Below, one piece after another: positions 62,101-64,000 of a DNA stretch of 64,000 nt (positions are counted from its first letter, which is position 1; every line of letters starts with the position of its first letter). Made by a program: the position numbers and the translations under genes. The notes under the pieces are model-generated. The model saw nothing but the letters and a program-made list of their open reading frames with translations. It made no database searches and was not told where the DNA came from. Origin of the DNA: Macrostomum hystrix (taxonomy: Eukaryota; Animalia; Platyhelminthes); NCBI GenBank assembly GCA_950097015.1, contig CATNEN010000038.1, positions 35,030,001 to 35,094,000 of the forward strand, given 5' to 3'.

Positions 62101-63222
62101 ATGTCCTTCAGTAGACTGACTCTGAACACCAACCTGCTCTCCAGTAGACTGACTTTGTACACCAACCTGCTCTCCAGTAGACTGACTTTGTACACCAACC
62201 TGCTCTCCAGTAGACTGACTTTGTACACCAACCTGCTCTCCAGTAGACTGACTTTGTACACCAACCTGCTCTCCAGTAGACTGACTTTGTACACCAACCT
62301 GACACTAGCCGCTTGCTAGTTAAAATGTATATTAAACTGTACGCCGTTCATTCATTCTTGCGTCGCCGCACTCCAGAAGGCCGCAGCTGGTAGCAAAGCC
62401 GGCGGCAAGGGCGGCAAAGGCGCAGGAGTGGCGATCGAGGTGCCGCGAGTGTCGCCAACCGTGGTGGAGCCGGCCATGGAGGAGCCGGCCAAGCCAAAGC
62501 AGTCGAAGCCGAAGGCCGCAAAGACAGAGAAGGGCCAGCTAAAACTCAGCGACGTGGGCTTTAAGAAAAAAGCGGCAGCAGACGCCGATCCATTTGCCGA
62601 CAGCGACTTAGACGACGAAGCTGACGAGAAGGCCAAGCTGCCGCTGTGGAAGCGAGTCAGCCTATCCAAGCCAGAGGCCGCCGCTGAGCTCGCCGAATTT
62701 GCCGGCACCTCGGCCGACGACGCCCCGGCCGCAGCCAAGACCAAGAAACGCATGCTTCTGGGGCCCAACACCTTAAGCGAGCCGGCCGTCAAGAAGCCGC
62801 GCCAGAAGAAGCAGTCAGGCGACGCAGCTGCTACCTCAAAGCCGCCCAAAGCAGCGGCCGGTGGTAAAAAGAAGATCACGGATGTGGCTGGTCCGTCGAA
62901 GAAGAAAACGACAGCGAAGCAGCAGCCGCGATTTTCTTGGGAGAGCAGCGAAGGTGAGACCAAAGCCAAGAAGAAATCAGCTACGGAAAACGAGAGCGAC
63001 GAAGACGAGGACGACTTCGATTTTAGCGGCAACAGCGATGACTCCGACGCTGGCAAGCGTCGTCAACGCAAGTCGGATTCTCCGCCGCCGCCACCGCGGG
63101 AGCGTGTCGGCAGGCGCGGCGCCGCTGCCAAAGCCAAGTACGTGTTCGACGACAGCTCGGATGAGGAGGGCGACCGTGTCACCGGCAAGCGACGCGACAG
63201 TCTGGACTCGGTGGACGATTGA
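53196..63222 (+). CDS. TOP2: DNA topoisomerase II (1539 aa)
   Basis: Exons 53196-53849, 54550-54813, 55277-56068, 57023-57535, 58276-58565, 59338-59907, 59993-60288, 61560-61954 and 62377-63222 join in frame (4620 nt). Motifs IYQKKTQLEHILLRPDTYIGS, GGRNGYGAK, TEGDSA, PLKGK, IMTDQDQDGSHIKG, YYKGLGTS, DGLKPGQRK, catalytic AARY; K/D/E-rich C-terminal domain. Confidence 0.97.
53918..54520. repeat. 20-bp minisatellite (CTTATCTGACACCCTACTGT) in TOP2 intron 1
   Basis: About 30 units; related to the nAChR intron 1 unit. Confidence 0.95.
54960..55190. repeat. Eroded CT-rich ~15-bp repeat (CCCCTCTCATCCTTA-like) in TOP2 intron 2
   Basis: Recurrent CTCTCA/CCTTACCC motifs, almost no G. Confidence 0.6.
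56190..56950. repeat. 30-bp minisatellite (CAGATTCTCAGACTCACCCAGTCACAACCC) in TOP2 intron 3
   Basis: About 25 units. Confidence 0.95.
57595..57731 (-). mobile_element. Deleted copy of SINE family A in TOP2 intron 4
   Basis: Minus strand GTTGTAGCCTTGTGGTTAGAGCGTCGG...GGTTTGATTCCC matches the head of 36248-36540. Confidence 0.6.
57737..58151. mobile_element. Possible old TIR element
   Basis: Imperfect inverted ends (CAGCTAAAAATTGGGATGTTTCTTTGG versus reverse complement CTGTAAAAAAATTGGCTGCTTCTTCGG); no clear TSD. Confidence 0.35.
58775..59148. repeat. 18-bp C/A-rich minisatellite (CCTACCAAATCCCCAATC) in TOP2 intron 5
   Basis: About 20 degenerate units. Confidence 0.85.
60361..61447. repeat. 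32-bp minisatellite (GAGGATATGGGAGATTCAGAATGGTTAGAGCT) in TOP2 intron 7
   Basis: About 30 units preceded by four 31-bp variant units (GAGGATCTGAGCGATTTGATT...). Confidence 0.95.
62109..62300. repeat. 33-bp minisatellite (CAGTAGACTGACTTTGTACACCAACCTGCTCTC) in TOP2 intron 8
   Basis: About 6 units. Confidence 0.95.
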
Positions 63223-64000
63223 TGCTAAAAGCTATTGAAATGGAATTCGAACTCGCAACCGTTAAAAAGTGTGATACGCATCATCCCTGGTAATTGCGAT
63301 GGCTATTTAGCCATGATAACAGACAAAATTGCTTTATTAATGCAAACTTAATTAGTCTTCTAAATTCGTCGCATTTTTTATCCTGGTTGCATTCTATAAA
63401 CTATCTATAATAGTTGCATTTTTTGCCTTAAATCGTTCGTTACTTGTTTTGTCGTTTTAAAACTAACATACAATAAAGCTAATGCAATTCAGCTACAAAT
63501 TAATCTACGCTCGTAGCAGCCTTCAGTACAGCTAGCAAAAAAATGTTCGTAGTTTAACTCGCGTTTATTAAATTCTATTTTGTTACTCATTTTTACACCC
63601 TCAAACTCCTACATTCATTTTGGTTTTTAAGTCTTCAATTGCTCTCTATTTATTCGCTATTTAACCGCAAATTATGTAATGTTTATTTTTGCTGTTTTTT
63701 TTTTAATAATTAAAAGTGCTTGAAACGCGGACGCAAAATACAGTGCAATTTAGCTAACAGCAAACCATTTTTACTGCTTCAATTTAAAGTTAGTTGACAA
63801 CAAGTTACATGCATTTAACATCTACGCTTTGTCTATTAAATTTCTCATTGTTAAATAATTTATTATATCGAACATCAATAATAATTTATATGTACAGTCA
63901 CTGGAAGCAGATCCAGTTTCGAAATTAGGAACGAAATTTAAATGTTATTAATTTAAAACACCATTTTGCTACTTATTTCATTAGATTATTGCTATGTGTG

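Noticed and set aside
181-62300. Tandem arrays of 30-44 bp as CRISPR arrays
   Set aside because: Units are contiguous with no unique spacers, there are no cas genes, and the context is eukaryotic introns.
62352-63056. 234-aa antisense ORF
   Set aside because: Shadow of the GC-rich TOP2 last exon; similar shadows overlie other exons.

Overview
Eukaryotic (animal) genomic DNA with GT-AG introns, AT-rich spacers and GC-richer exons. The style (minisatellite-filled introns, PAN+F-type lectins, alpha9/10-like nAChR) suggests a lophotrochozoan, possibly a Macrostomum-like flatworm; this is inference only. Genes assembled by hand from splice sites: two paralogous intronless Cys-rich type I membrane proteins with an LDLa-like module (-), plus a relic of a third; two tandem PAN/apple + F-type lectin genes (+); MTMR14 (+); frataxin (+); a 7-exon nicotinic acetylcholine receptor subunit lacking the loop-C vicinal cysteines (-); and a 9-exon DNA topoisomerase II (+). 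Mobile DNA: a degenerate irritans-type mariner, four MITEs with clear TSDs, several degenerate LINE fragments and two tRNA-derived SINE families. The most striking structure is about 18 distinct minisatellite arrays (16-44 bp units). They are concentrated in introns of the conserved genes, several share an RGGAT(C/A)TG core, and several contain or abut splice signals. One 16-bp family occurs as two inverted arrays bracketing the frame-symmetric 198-nt Cys-loop exon of the nAChR, a candidate for RNA-duplex-driven exon skipping or circRNA formation.
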